From: Gemmatimonadota bacterium
Lineage (GTDB): Bacteria; Gemmatimonadota; Gemmatimonadetes; Longimicrobiales; Gaopeijiaceae
NCBI GenBank assembly: GCA_039589315.1
Contig: JBDHHQ010000033.1
Coordinates: 1 to 45,469 of the forward strand
Direction of reading: 5' to 3'
DNA: 45,469 nt
Of the stretch, positions 35,663 through 45,282 are shown piece after piece. Below the pieces are notes generated by a model, which was given only the letters and a program-made list of their open reading frames with translations, made no database searches and was not told the DNA's origin. Within the stretch, counting starts at the first letter, position 1. Each line of letters opens with the position of its first letter. The translations under genes were made by a program, and so were the position numbers.

Positions 35663-38512
35663 ATGCCGCCACCCGTTTCGCAAGGGCCTCCGATCCCGAC
35701 GCGCCGCGACCCAGGCTGCCGCCGGTCTCGTTGGGGTCGACAGGTGACCGTGGGCGAGCGCCCCGCGGGATCGCCTCTCACGTCCCTATTGTCCTGGCCC
35801 CGGCGACCGCGAACCCACCCTTTCTCCGGCGTCTGCGTGGGCTGGGCGACGTCGCTGTGCCTCGCTCTTGCCGCGCCCCTGGCCACCCAGGAGGTGTCCG
35901 GAAGCCTGGGCGGACGACTGGAGGACGACACGGGCCGCCCGGTGGAGGGCGCCGTCGTCTCGATCCGTGGGTCCACCCTCCCGGGCCCTCGCACCACGAC
36001 CACGGACGGCGCCGGGCGCTTCCGCGTCCCCGATCTTCCCGTCGGAAGGTACGACGTCTCCTTCGACCGCATCGGGGTCCGCTCGATGACCGTGACCGGC
36101 GTCCAGATCCGTCTCGGGCGGTCCACCCCGCTGGGCGTCGTAACGGTCTCGCTCGACGCCGTCCATCTGTCGCCCGTCGTCGTCCGACGGACGCCCCGGC
36201 TGCTGGATCCGCGGAGCACCGATTTGAGCTCGGACATCCGCTCGACCGAGTTCCAGGACCTGCCTATTGGCCGGGACTATCGGACCATCGTCGAGATCCT
36301 GCCCCAGGTGAACCGGAGCTACCTGGGCGATCCCGTCAACGTGGCCGGCGCCACCGGCCTCGAGAACATGTACTTCGTCGAAGGCGTCAACGTCACCGAC
36401 GTGTACCGTGGCCGGACCGGCACCGCGCTACCGTACAACTTCGTCGAGGCGGTCGAGGTCAAGCAGGCCGGCTACGAAGCAGAATTCGGGCAGGCCATGG
36501 GCGGGATCGTAAACGTCGTTACGCGCTCCGGGACCCCGGAGTTCGCCTGGGACGCCTTCGGGTTCTACTCCGGCTCCGCCGTGGCCGCCGACGCGGCGCC
36601 GGTACCCAACACCTTGGCCCAGCGGTCGTTCCTGGACGTGGATCTGGGCGTGAGCGCGTCGGGCCCCATCGTAGCCGACCGGGTTGTTGCGTTCGGGGCG
36701 TACAACCCCCGGTTCGCCCGGTCGGACCTGGAGCTCCCCAACCTGGGGATCGAGCGTGCCTCGTCGGACCGCCACGTGTTCGCCGGAAAGTTGCAGGTCA
36801 GGGCGTCCCCGAGATCGGACTTCACGCTGTCGGTCTTCGGCGACCCCACGTGGGAGCGTCGCGTAAGTCCCGCGCCCGGCATCACCTTGCTCAACCCCGA
36901 TCCGATCCTGACCTCGGCCAACGAAGGAGGCGTCAACGGAGCTCTGCGCTGGGCGTTCAGGCCGAGCGACGCACTCCGTCTCGAAGCCGTGGTGTCGCGC
37001 CACACCCGCCGCGAGGACGCGGAGGGCGCCACGGCGTTGGGGCGCGAGCAGCCCAGCTTCATCGACCGCACCGGGCTGCCGACGATCCTGTTGAGTGGGG
37101 GGAACGGCACGGACCAACGCATCCGTAGCGCCCGAACCTCGGCGAAGCTGTCGGCGTCGCTGGAGGCGGGCGGTCACACCCTCAAGGCCGGTCTCGAGCT
37201 CCAGCAGAACCGCCTGGACGTCGAGAACCTGGAAGCGCCGGGCCAGGTGGCGTGGCTCACCGACGGCGTGTACAGGTCGTCGATCTTCATCCAGGACGTC
37301 GTGGTAGAGAACCGGGTGTCTACGCTGTTCGTGCAGGATGGCTGGCAGGTGGACGATCGACTCCACCTCAACGTCGGGCTGCGTTGGGACGGTCAGAGTC
37401 TGCTGGACCAGGACGGCGACGTGGGCCAGTCCATCATGGATCAGCTCCAGCCGCGTGTGGGCATCGCGTTCCTCCCTGGACGGGATGGCCGCACCAAGGT
37501 CTTCGCGCACGCGGGCCGCTTCTACCAGCAGCTCGCCCTGCTATGGTCCACCATCGGCCTGGCCGGGTTCGACCAGCGCCAGGTCTTTACCAGTACCGAC
37601 CCACGTCAGCCCGGCGCCGTCGTGGACTCGACCCTGATCATCAGCGACCCCGACGACGTACGGGGTGGGACAGACGGTCTCCGCGGCGAGCACCACGACG
37701 AGGTGGCTCTGGGGGTGGTGCGGCAGCTCGGCGACCACGCCGTGTTGAGCGTCCGAGGCCTGCACCGGGTGCTGCGGGAGAGCATCACCTCCGCGTTCCG
37801 GCCGGACCGGGAGTTCGCGGGAGGGAACCCCGGCTCCGGGCCCCTGGATCACCTCCCCCCCTCCGAGCGGACCTACTCGTCTCTGGAGGTGTCCTTCCGG
37901 GCCCAGTCCGAGCGGCTCTCCGCGCTGGCGTCCTACGTGTTGTCCCGCAGCGAGGGGAACTACCCGGGCCTGTTCGTGGCCGACGCGGGCGGCCTGCGGG
38001 GCGGCAGCTTCGGTCCGAACAACAACCAGCTCACGTATTTCCCGGCCCAGCCGGTCAACGCCGCTGGCCTGCTGCCGAACGACCGCCCCCACGTGTTCAA
38101 GCTCTCCGGGTCGTATGACGCTACGAACCGCCTTTCGGCCGGCCTGATCGTGCAGGTCCAGTCCGGCACGCCCCTGAGCGAGCTGGGTCGGGTCACGGGT
38201 GGCTTCAACGCCCCCCTGTTCCTGACCCCCAGAGGGACTGAGGGACGCACGCCCACGACATGGGACCTGAACCTGAGAGTCACATACGCCGTCTCCACGG
38301 CCGGCCGAGTGATCGTCGACCTGCTGAACCTGGGCAATCCGCAGGCCGTCGTGAACGTGGACCAGCGCCGCTTCAACGGCGCGCGGGGCTCGCCCTTCGC
38401 CTCGTACGACGAGCTGGTCGCGAACCAGCGGGGCGAGAGGCCCGGGTTCGGTACCCCGGTCGCGTTCCAGCCGCCGTTCCAGGTCCGGGTGGGCGTGGAG
38501 GTCGGCAGGTAG
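35663..38512 (+). CDS. TonB-dependent receptor with a carboxypeptidase-regulatory-like N-domain (Oar-like); the true start is probably further downstream
   Basis: PVEGAVVSI...TTDGAGRF, EVKQAGYEAEFGQAMGGIVNVVTRSGT, LFVQDGWQV...LNVGLRWD. Confidence 0.9.
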   Translation: MPPPVSQGPPIPTRRDPGCRRSRWGRQVTVGERPAGSPLTSLLSWPRRPRTHPFSGVCVGWATSLCLALAAPLATQEVSGSLGGRLEDDTGRPVEGAVVSIRGSTLPGPRTTTTDGAGRFRVPDLPVGRYDVSFDRIGVRSMTVTGVQIRLGRSTPLGVVTVSLDAVHLSPVVVRRTPRLLDPRSTDLSSDIRSTEFQDLPIGRDYRTIVEILPQVNRSYLGDPVNVAGATGLENMYFVEGVNVTDVYRGRTGTALPYNFVEAVEVKQAGYEAEFGQAMGGIVNVVTRSGTPEFAWDAFGFYSGSAVAADAAPVPNTLAQRSFLDVDLGVSASGPIVADRVVAFGAYNPRFARSDLELPNLGIERASSDRHVFAGKLQVRASPRSDFTLSVFGDPTWERRVSPAPGITLLNPDPILTSANEGGVNGALRWAFRPSDALRLEAVVSRHTRREDAEGATALGREQPSFIDRTGLPTILLSGGNGTDQRIRSARTSAKLSASLEAGGHTLKAGLELQQNRLDVENLEAPGQVAWLTDGVYRSSIFIQDVVVENRVSTLFVQDGWQVDDRLHLNVGLRWDGQSLLDQDGDVGQSIMDQLQPRVGIAFLPGRDGRTKVFAHAGRFYQQLALLWSTIGLAGFDQRQVFTSTDPRQPGAVVDSTLIISDPDDVRGGTDGLRGEHHDEVALGVVRQLGDHAVLSVRGLHRVLRESITSAFRPDREFAGGNPGSGPLDHLPPSERTYSSLEVSFRAQSERLSALASYVLSRSEGNYPGLFVADAGGLRGGSFGPNNNQLTYFPAQPVNAAGLLPNDRPHVFKLSGSYDATNRLSAGLIVQVQSGTPLSELGRVTGGFNAPLFLTPRGTEGRTPTTWDLNLRVTYAVSTAGRVIVDLLNLGNPQAVVNVDQRRFNGARGSPFASYDELVANQRGERPGFGTPVAFQPPFQVRVGVEVGR

Positions 38513-38544
38513 CACAAGGGACGGCTCGGGGCGTAACGGTGATT

Positions 38545-38648
38545 GCGTCGATTTTCGCACAACGGTGAAGTTCTAGGCCGATTCTCCGCACATGTGCGAA
38601 GTCCCGCAACGGAAGTTCGCATATCCTACTGACACAGAAACTGACACA
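38545..38648. repeat. att-arm-like repeat, copy B
   Basis: 92/93 nt identical to 39288-39380; ends in ACTGACACAGAAACTGACAC. Confidence 0.9.
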
Positions 38649-38823
38649 CTTGGCCAACGGGCGGCACTGGCCTCCGGCCTTGACGGGGTCTTCGGCAATC
38701 TCGCCATCAACCACCGGCCCCTTCGCCGTGGAGGTCGGAATGGCGTAGTCTTCGTGCCGGGACCGCAGCCGATCCACGCGGACATGGACCTTCAAGGGGT
38801 GTAACCAGAGGACAGCAAGAAAG

Positions 38824-39144
38824 ATGGCCAATCACTCCGCAGACGAGACGTTCGAGGTCTTCATCGACGACAACTTCCACTACATGGACGAGGACGAGCG
38901 CTATAGCATCGGCAGGTTCAAGACCTACGGGGCGGCCCTGGAAAAGGCGAAGTCGATCGTCGACAGGTCGCTGAACGATCTTCTCGAGCCGGGTAAGAGC
39001 GCCGATGAGCTCATGGCCAGTTACGTGATGTTTGGAGAGGATCCGTTCATTCGGCCCACGCCGGAAGGTGTCCAACGGTTTTCCGCCAGGGACTACGCGA
39101 GGCAGCGCGCACCCGAAGTCATAGACGGGGCGGAAAAACGGTGA
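38824..39144 (+). CDS. Hypothetical protein (106 aa)
   Basis: Protein-like composition with motifs DDNFHYMDE, MFGEDPFI, FSARDYA. Confidence 0.75.
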   Translation: MANHSADETFEVFIDDNFHYMDEDERYSIGRFKTYGAALEKAKSIVDRSLNDLLEPGKSADELMASYVMFGEDPFIRPTPEGVQRFSARDYARQRAPEVIDGAEKR

Positions 39145-39264
39145 GTCCGCCGGCTTGGCTCAGTCGCTGTACCTGCCACCGGCGTACGGTAAGCGACTTT
39201 TTCTCGGAGCCGTGGTGCTCCTTTCTTCGCTTGCCCTTTTTGGCTGTGGTGGCGACTCGACGGT

Positions 39265-39380
39265 GGCGGACACGATGCGAAGTTTTCGCGTCGATTTTCG
39301 CACAACGGTGAAGTTCTAGGCCGATTCTCCGCACATGTGCGAAATCCCGCAACGGAAGTTCGCATATCCTACTGACACAG
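39265..39380. repeat. att-arm-like repeat, copy C
   Basis: Begins GGCGGACACGATGCGAAGTT like copy A; contains the CGCACATGTGCG palindrome; only one ACTGACAC unit. Confidence 0.9.
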
Positions 39381-39719
39381 TCGCGGGCCATCTCCGCTGT
39401 GTCGGCTCGTCCCCGCTCGAGCTCTACAACCCCGGCAGGCATCGGACCACGAGCCGGCATTGATCGACCCGCCGGGAAGTCAGTCGGCGAAGCATGGCAG
39501 ATCCTTGGGAGCATCAGCGATCGCCGTCGCCCACTTCGACCTGCGAAGGATCGTCGATCGGGGTTCTGGGGGCGCTCACCAAGCCACGTTGCGGCCCAAA
39601 GTCTCGCGGGGTATGGTGATCCTATGATGTAGGCTGCGTGCATTACGCTGCGAAGTGAATCGCGAACGCCGCGGGTTGCCCTCCCCTCGCCGACGTATCG
39701 GATGAACAGGGGGGCACCC

Positions 39720-42700
39720 ATGCGCTACAAGATTCGTGGGCACGTCGTCGACGTCGCTACCGGCAATCCCATCGGAGGGGTTCGGGTCGAGGCCTGGGAC
39801 AAGGACTTCTTCCTCGACGACCATCTCGCTACGGCTTCGACAATCAGCGACGGATCATTCACCGTCGAATTTGACGACTCGACGTTCCGGGAGTTCTTCG
39901 ACCGGTTCCCGGATGTCTTCTTCCGCGTCTACTGCTACAACCAGTTGCTGGCCTCCACCGAGGACTCGGTGCTCTGGAATATCCGCGAGCCAGCAGCCGC
40001 GGTGGAGATCGAGGCGATTCTCCCCGACCCTCCGGCAGCGGTGGAACGGCACGTATACCTGAAGATCGAGCGGATCGCAGACTACAGCACGGTCAAGCCG
40101 CAAGAGAAAGGTGGGAGCTACGGCCGCGACTGCATGCGGAACCACGGTCACATGGACGGCACCATCCCCCAAGCCGAGATCGACGCGCGTTCGCTCGACG
40201 CGGTCGTCTATCGGGAGTACCTGGACTCGGGGTATCTCGTACCCAAGCCCAACAAGCTGATTGCAGCGGACATCAACGAGCCCACGTACACGCACCGTGT
40301 GCCGGGAACTGTCATCTATACCCGCCCCGGGGAAATCCTGAAGGTTCACGTGTGGAACACCGACGACGTGCCGCACTCCTTCCACACGCACGGACTCCGA
40401 TACGGCATCGACTCCGATGGCGCTTGGCCGTTCGGCACCGTTTCGTCAGACGGCCTCCGCAGGTCGGACGCGATCTGTCCGGGCGACACGTGGACCTACA
40501 CATTCGAGGTTCCGAGCGACGCGATTGGAATCTGGCCCTTCCACGACCACACGCATCCCGGCGACAACAAGATCGAGCAGGGGTTGTTCGGCGGGTTCGT
40601 CGTCTTGGGTCCGTGCGATCGGCCACCGCGGCGCTTCCGCTTCCCGTGGGACGTCGTACTTCCGATCTACCTCGACGTCGCACGCCTCGAGGGTCGCGCC
40701 GTCCTGCCCGAACGGCAGCTCCGAGAGGACCCCGAGCTCGACGATGACGCGACCATCAGTCTCGAGCCTCACGTGCACCTCAAACATCTCAAGAAGGGTA
40801 CTCGGCAGGTCGTGGCACACCATCTCGACTTCCTGGAGGAGTTCGCGATGATGAGCCTCGCGCTCCCCCCCCTTTTCGTGAACACGGACCACGTGCCGGC
40901 CTTCTTCCACGTGATGTCGAATCCGGACGCCGATCCGGTGTTCGACACGGGCGACATCGAGGAGTTCGGGGGACAGGCGGAGGTAGTCTTCGACGCAGCC
41001 GGCGACTTCGAGTACTTCTGCACGCACCATCCCGACATGACCGGCGTAGTGCATGTCGTACCGGGTGGCCCAGCCCTCGTCACGGTCACCATCGTCCCGG
41101 GTCCGGCGTTCAGCCCGGCCGACGTGAACGTTGGTATCGCCGGCACCATCCGCTGGATCAACGACGACGGCACGCATCATACGGCCACGTCGAGGAGTGG
41201 GGCAGCGATCTCAACGCACTGCATAAACGGGCGCGGCTTCGTCGGCAACTCGCCGACGATCGTCGGGCGGAGCGGTCAGCGTATCCGCTGGTACGTGTTC
41301 AACCTCGATACCGGACTCAACTGGCACAACTTCCACCCGCACGCGATGCGATGGAAGTTCGGCGGCGAGGCGCTCGACATACGCAGCATGGGACCGGCCG
41401 AGTCCTTCGTGGTGGAGGCCGAGATTCCGCCGGTGCTGCTCCTGACGCCCGAGGAGGAGGCCTCCCAAGACCCCGACGATCGACCGCCTGGGGCGACGCT
41501 CCGTCACCTCAAGGGTGACTACGTCTTCCACTGCCACGTTCACCACCACATGATGAATGGGATGATCGGCCTGGTCCGCGCGAGGCAGTCGGTATGGCTG
41601 ACCGACGCGATGGCCGAGGCGATCGAAGAGCGGGTAGGCGCCCTACCTATCGACGACGGTACGAACGACTGCCCGGACGTCGAGCCCCGCCCGTGTCGCT
41701 CTCGGGCCGGAGGTCGATGGGAGAACGTGGTGGGCACGCCCGAGGTGCTGTTCATGCACTCGGTGCTCCTGCCGGGCAGCGATCGCGTGCTGTTCTGGGG
41801 TCGTACCCGGGCAGACCAGTCACGAGTCTGGGACTACTCGACGCCCGCGGGTGCGTACATGGCACCTGCGAACCAGCCGGCCGACCTGCCGGGGATGAAC
41901 GCGACTTCGTCGAACCTGTGGTCGGCGGAGCACACGATTCTCGACACGCCCAAGGGATTGGTTCTGGCGCACGGCGGGTTCACGCCCAGGCGGTCGTTCA
42001 CGTTCGACCCGGGACCCCTGATGTGGGCCCAGGTGGGTGACACGGCCGACGCGCGTTTCTATTCCACGACGCTCGGGCTCGGAAACGGTCGTGCGGCGAC
42101 GCTCTACGGCTCGGCCTCCAAGTCGATCGAGGTCTACGAGCACGGTGTCGGCTGGTCGGCGCCGATCACCATGCCGGCCTCGATGAATCATCACGTCTAC
42201 TACCCGTGGACCTACTTGCTACCCGACGGGCGTCTCTTCATCGCGGGGCCGCACGTGCCGACCCACCGCTTCGATCTGGCGGCACCGGGCGGGGCTGAGG
42301 CGTTTCCCACCGTGCACGGCGAGCGCAGCACGGGAGGGGAGAAGGGATCCTCGGTCATGTTGATCCTGCGCCCGCCCGATTACCGACCAATGGTAATGGT
42401 GATAGGTGGCAACCCGCCCGCCGCGCGAAAGACCGCCGAGATCATCGACCTCTCCGACCCCTCGCCGGCTTGGTCCCCGCTTCCCGATCTCAATGTGGAA
42501 CGCATGCAGCAGTTCACGGCTACACTCCTACCGGACGGGCGCGTATTCATCGCGGGCGGCATCACCGGCGGCGCGGACGGCGGTCCCTGCGAGATTTACG
42601 ATCCGGCGAATCCGGGCGGGGGGTGGGCGCTCGGCCCGTCCATGAAGCAAACGCGCACCTATCACTCCTCTTTCATTCTTCTGAGGGACGGAAGCGTGCT

Positions 42701-43082
42701 CGGCGGCGGCGCGCCCCCTGACGCGGATCCGCCGGCTGTGTATACACAGCACGAGCGGTTTTTTCCCGGATACTTCGACGCAGCACGACCCCAAATCGAC
42801 AATGCTCCGCCCGAGATCCATTACGGGGGTAGCTTCAACGTCGACACGGCCGATCCGTCGTCGATCCTCGAGGTCGTGCTCCTGCGGGCCGGAGCCGTGA
42901 CCCACGGCTTCAACATGTCGCAGCGAGGAATCGAGCTCGTGATCACTGGCACAGCGGGCGGCTCCGTGGTGGTCGACGAACCGCCGGTCGCCGACCTCGC
43001 ACCGCCCGGATGGTACCTGCTCTACATCCTGGATACGAACCGCGTGCCGTCGCCGGGGGTGTGGGTGCGGGTCACACCGTGA
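39720..43082 (+). CDS. Multidomain copper enzyme: N-terminal beta-sandwich, two-domain multicopper oxidase with an inserted cupredoxin, and a galactose-oxidase-like Kelch propeller plus C-terminal Ig domain
   Basis: HSFHTHG, WPFHDH, FCTHHPDM, HNFHPH, HCHVHHHMMNGM, ARFYST, RTYHSS, THGFNMSQR, APPGWYLLY. Confidence 0.9.
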   Translation: MRYKIRGHVVDVATGNPIGGVRVEAWDKDFFLDDHLATASTISDGSFTVEFDDSTFREFFDRFPDVFFRVYCYNQLLASTEDSVLWNIREPAAAVEIEAILPDPPAAVERHVYLKIERIADYSTVKPQEKGGSYGRDCMRNHGHMDGTIPQAEIDARSLDAVVYREYLDSGYLVPKPNKLIAADINEPTYTHRVPGTVIYTRPGEILKVHVWNTDDVPHSFHTHGLRYGIDSDGAWPFGTVSSDGLRRSDAICPGDTWTYTFEVPSDAIGIWPFHDHTHPGDNKIEQGLFGGFVVLGPCDRPPRRFRFPWDVVLPIYLDVARLEGRAVLPERQLREDPELDDDATISLEPHVHLKHLKKGTRQVVAHHLDFLEEFAMMSLALPPLFVNTDHVPAFFHVMSNPDADPVFDTGDIEEFGGQAEVVFDAAGDFEYFCTHHPDMTGVVHVVPGGPALVTVTIVPGPAFSPADVNVGIAGTIRWINDDGTHHTATSRSGAAISTHCINGRGFVGNSPTIVGRSGQRIRWYVFNLDTGLNWHNFHPHAMRWKFGGEALDIRSMGPAESFVVEAEIPPVLLLTPEEEASQDPDDRPPGATLRHLKGDYVFHCHVHHHMMNGMIGLVRARQSVWLTDAMAEAIEERVGALPIDDGTNDCPDVEPRPCRSRAGGRWENVVGTPEVLFMHSVLLPGSDRVLFWGRTRADQSRVWDYSTPAGAYMAPANQPADLPGMNATSSNLWSAEHTILDTPKGLVLAHGGFTPRRSFTFDPGPLMWAQVGDTADARFYSTTLGLGNGRAATLYGSASKSIEVYEHGVGWSAPITMPASMNHHVYYPWTYLLPDGRLFIAGPHVPTHRFDLAAPGGAEAFPTVHGERSTGGEKGSSVMLILRPPDYRPMVMVIGGNPPAARKTAEIIDLSDPSPAWSPLPDLNVERMQQFTATLLPDGRVFIAGGITGGADGGPCEIYDPANPGGGWALGPSMKQTRTYHSSFILLRDGSVLGGGAPPDADPPAVYTQHERFFPGYFDAARPQIDNAPPEIHYGGSFNVDTADPSSILEVVLLRAGAVTHGFNMSQRGIELVITGTAGGSVVVDEPPVADLAPPGWYLLYILDTNRVPSPGVWVRVTP

Positions 43083-43330
43083 ACCCGCGACCCGGTCAAC
43101 GGGGGTCCGCTTGAACGCCCATCGGTCAGTTGGTCGGCGGCAAGCGACGGGGACAGCGAGCAGGACAGGTGCGAAAACCCCGCGTACCGAGTCTCCGGGG
43201 CGGCTGAACGGAGCCGAGCGGGCCGCTCTGCTGCTGAGCGAGTGCGAGTCCGGCCGTTCCCACCGCGAGACCATCGATGATCGCCAGAGGCGACCGGCAA
43301 TGAAGCCGGGCGGCGCCCGTTACACCTGAA

Positions 43331-43782
43331 TCAGCCCCCAGCCTGACCGGGCCGACCGAGCGTCACCGTCCAGCCATCACGGAAGCCACTGGTCCACGTC
43401 AGAGAAAGCGTCTCGCCCTCTAGTAGTTGGGGTTCAACGCTACGTAGGCCTCGTAGGTGAGCTGGTCCCCGTCCACGGAATAGCGGCCCGAGTTGCCAAC
43501 CATCGAACCGAGTGCCGCCAGCAGCTCGGCGTCGGTCGGCTCGTCGGACCATTGGGCGCGCGGCTCACCTCCCGTGACGTACAGCATGCTGTAGTTGGTC
43601 TCCGTGAAGATGAAGAGGCCTCGTCCTGGATCGGAATCGACCTCGCCCTCGGGGTTCGTCCAACTGACGACGATCCAGCGGCCGAGGAGGTCCGAATGGT
43701 CCTGGGCAGCGGTGGGAGTCCAGCCGATGGCGAAGACAGCGAACAGAGCGGCGAACGAGGTAGCGGCGAGTGCACTTCGCAT
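43331..43782 (-). pseudogene. Lipocalin-like exported protein, frameshifted near the C-terminus
   Basis: Signal peptide, LLGRWIVVSW, GLFIFT, NSGRYSVDGDQL; the tail LEGETLSLTW continues in another frame. Confidence 0.65.
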
Positions 43783-44646
43783 CTGTGCCTCCGAGGCGAG
43801 GGAATCGTGGCGCGAGTGCTTCTATTCACTCAAACAGGCGTTCCTGCAAGTGTGGTGGGCCCTGTACCCCAGCTGCACCCGGGTGCTACGGCCGTAGAGC
43901 ACTGGAATTGGGATGGTAGCTTTCGCTCGCCGTGAGCGCCTGCGCTACCCCAGACTCGAACAGAATCGGCGCGGCGATTGCCGCCAGCAGGGCCGTTCGA
44001 ACGAGTGCGCGCATCTTCACCCTTCCCCCTGCAGGTGTCCGCCATTCAACGGACTTGCGATTCTGCGGCGCGACCTACTCGTCCACCGCGCAGCGACGTG
44101 AACACCGTAGGTGCGAACGGCGATGGACGCGACGATGGTGAAGACTCAGTTGTAGACTCCATCGCCCGGATCGTCCTGCAGCAGGTCAGTGAGGCCAGGT
44201 AGTACCGAACTCCGAGGCTCGTGGCGAACCGGTGGGGCGCCAGCTTGTACTCGGCGGTGAAGACGATGCCGGCATCGGTTGAGTTCAAACTCGTCTTCGA
44301 TATTCGTTTCCACGGTGATCGGAGTTTATCGGGTAACCTGATTCTCGGGAATGGTGGCCTGTCCTTCGTCGTTAGCGCCAGAACGAACCCCACCTGAGGT
44401 CCGGCGCCCAAATGGAGCCGATTCTGCGCGAGGCCGTTTGAGCATTACCGGGACCTCGAAGTCGCTCAGGTTCCGACTCCCGCTCGGGTCCGTGGCGATG
44501 GAGTCGAGGGGAGGTCGCAGGTCCCGTTGGGGCAGGTCGGCCGGTCGATGAGGGAAGACCGCACGATTCCTCGCTTGCGTGGGTGGAAGGGCTGCCGGTC
44601 GATGTCACGGATCGGCACACCGAGAACCCCACCTCGGAGGACTGCC

Positions 44647-45252
44647 ATGTCAGTGCGACGATTCAGCGCGGATGCGATGGCGCTCTGGATTCCCTTGTTC
44701 TCGTTGGCGTGCGGGGCCACCATGATTCTCCCCGGCCAAGGCCACGCGCAATCCCTCGACGAGTGTCTCGTCGGCGTATGGCAGGAGATTCGGGGCGGCG
44801 CGGACGAGAAAGTCAGCGAGTTCATCGCGCCGGGCACCGAAGTGGTGTCGAACCTTAATTCGGGCGTGCTCATGGCGTTGCAGGACGACGGCACCTACGT
44901 GACCGCCCCCTACGCCGAGGCGATGATCTTCCTTCGCGAGCCCCGTGACGAATTCGGACTCGGCACGTTCGGCCCGGTGCTCGGCTCCAGCGATGTCCGC
45001 GGCCGGGCCTCGGGACGCTGGTCGGCCGAGGTCGGGCGGCTGACCTTCATGGTCGACGAGGTGACCCGTACGGGAGAGACGACCGTGCGGCTCAGGGACG
45101 GCACCGTCATCACCGTCCCCATGCCCGTGCCCACGGCCGCGGAGATCCACATGAACTACACCTGCGCGGACGAGACGCTGGAGACTCGGCATACGATCGA
45201 GGCCTTCGGTACGATCGAGACGTTCTACCGCAGGATGGACGAGGGGTCGTAG
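44647..45252 (+). CDS. Exported hypothetical protein, possibly lipocalin-like barrel
   Basis: GGAGG RBS, signal GHA/QS, CLVGVW, ASGRW, YTC. Confidence 0.65.
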   Translation: MSVRRFSADAMALWIPLFSLACGATMILPGQGHAQSLDECLVGVWQEIRGGADEKVSEFIAPGTEVVSNLNSGVLMALQDDGTYVTAPYAEAMIFLREPRDEFGLGTFGPVLGSSDVRGRASGRWSAEVGRLTFMVDEVTRTGETTVRLRDGTVITVPMPVPTAAEIHMNYTCADETLETRHTIEAFGTIETFYRRMDEGS

Positions 45253-45282
45253 CGGACCCGCGGATTAGAGCTCGGGAGCGAG

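Noticed and set aside
32423..39380. CRISPR array or integron attC sites
   Set aside because: Repeats are ~100 bp with kb-scale irregular spacing; no cas or intI gene and no RYYYAAC...GTTRRRY ends.
44110..44397. Degenerate plus-strand ORF interrupted by a TAG
   Set aside because: No start or RBS and no recognisable family.
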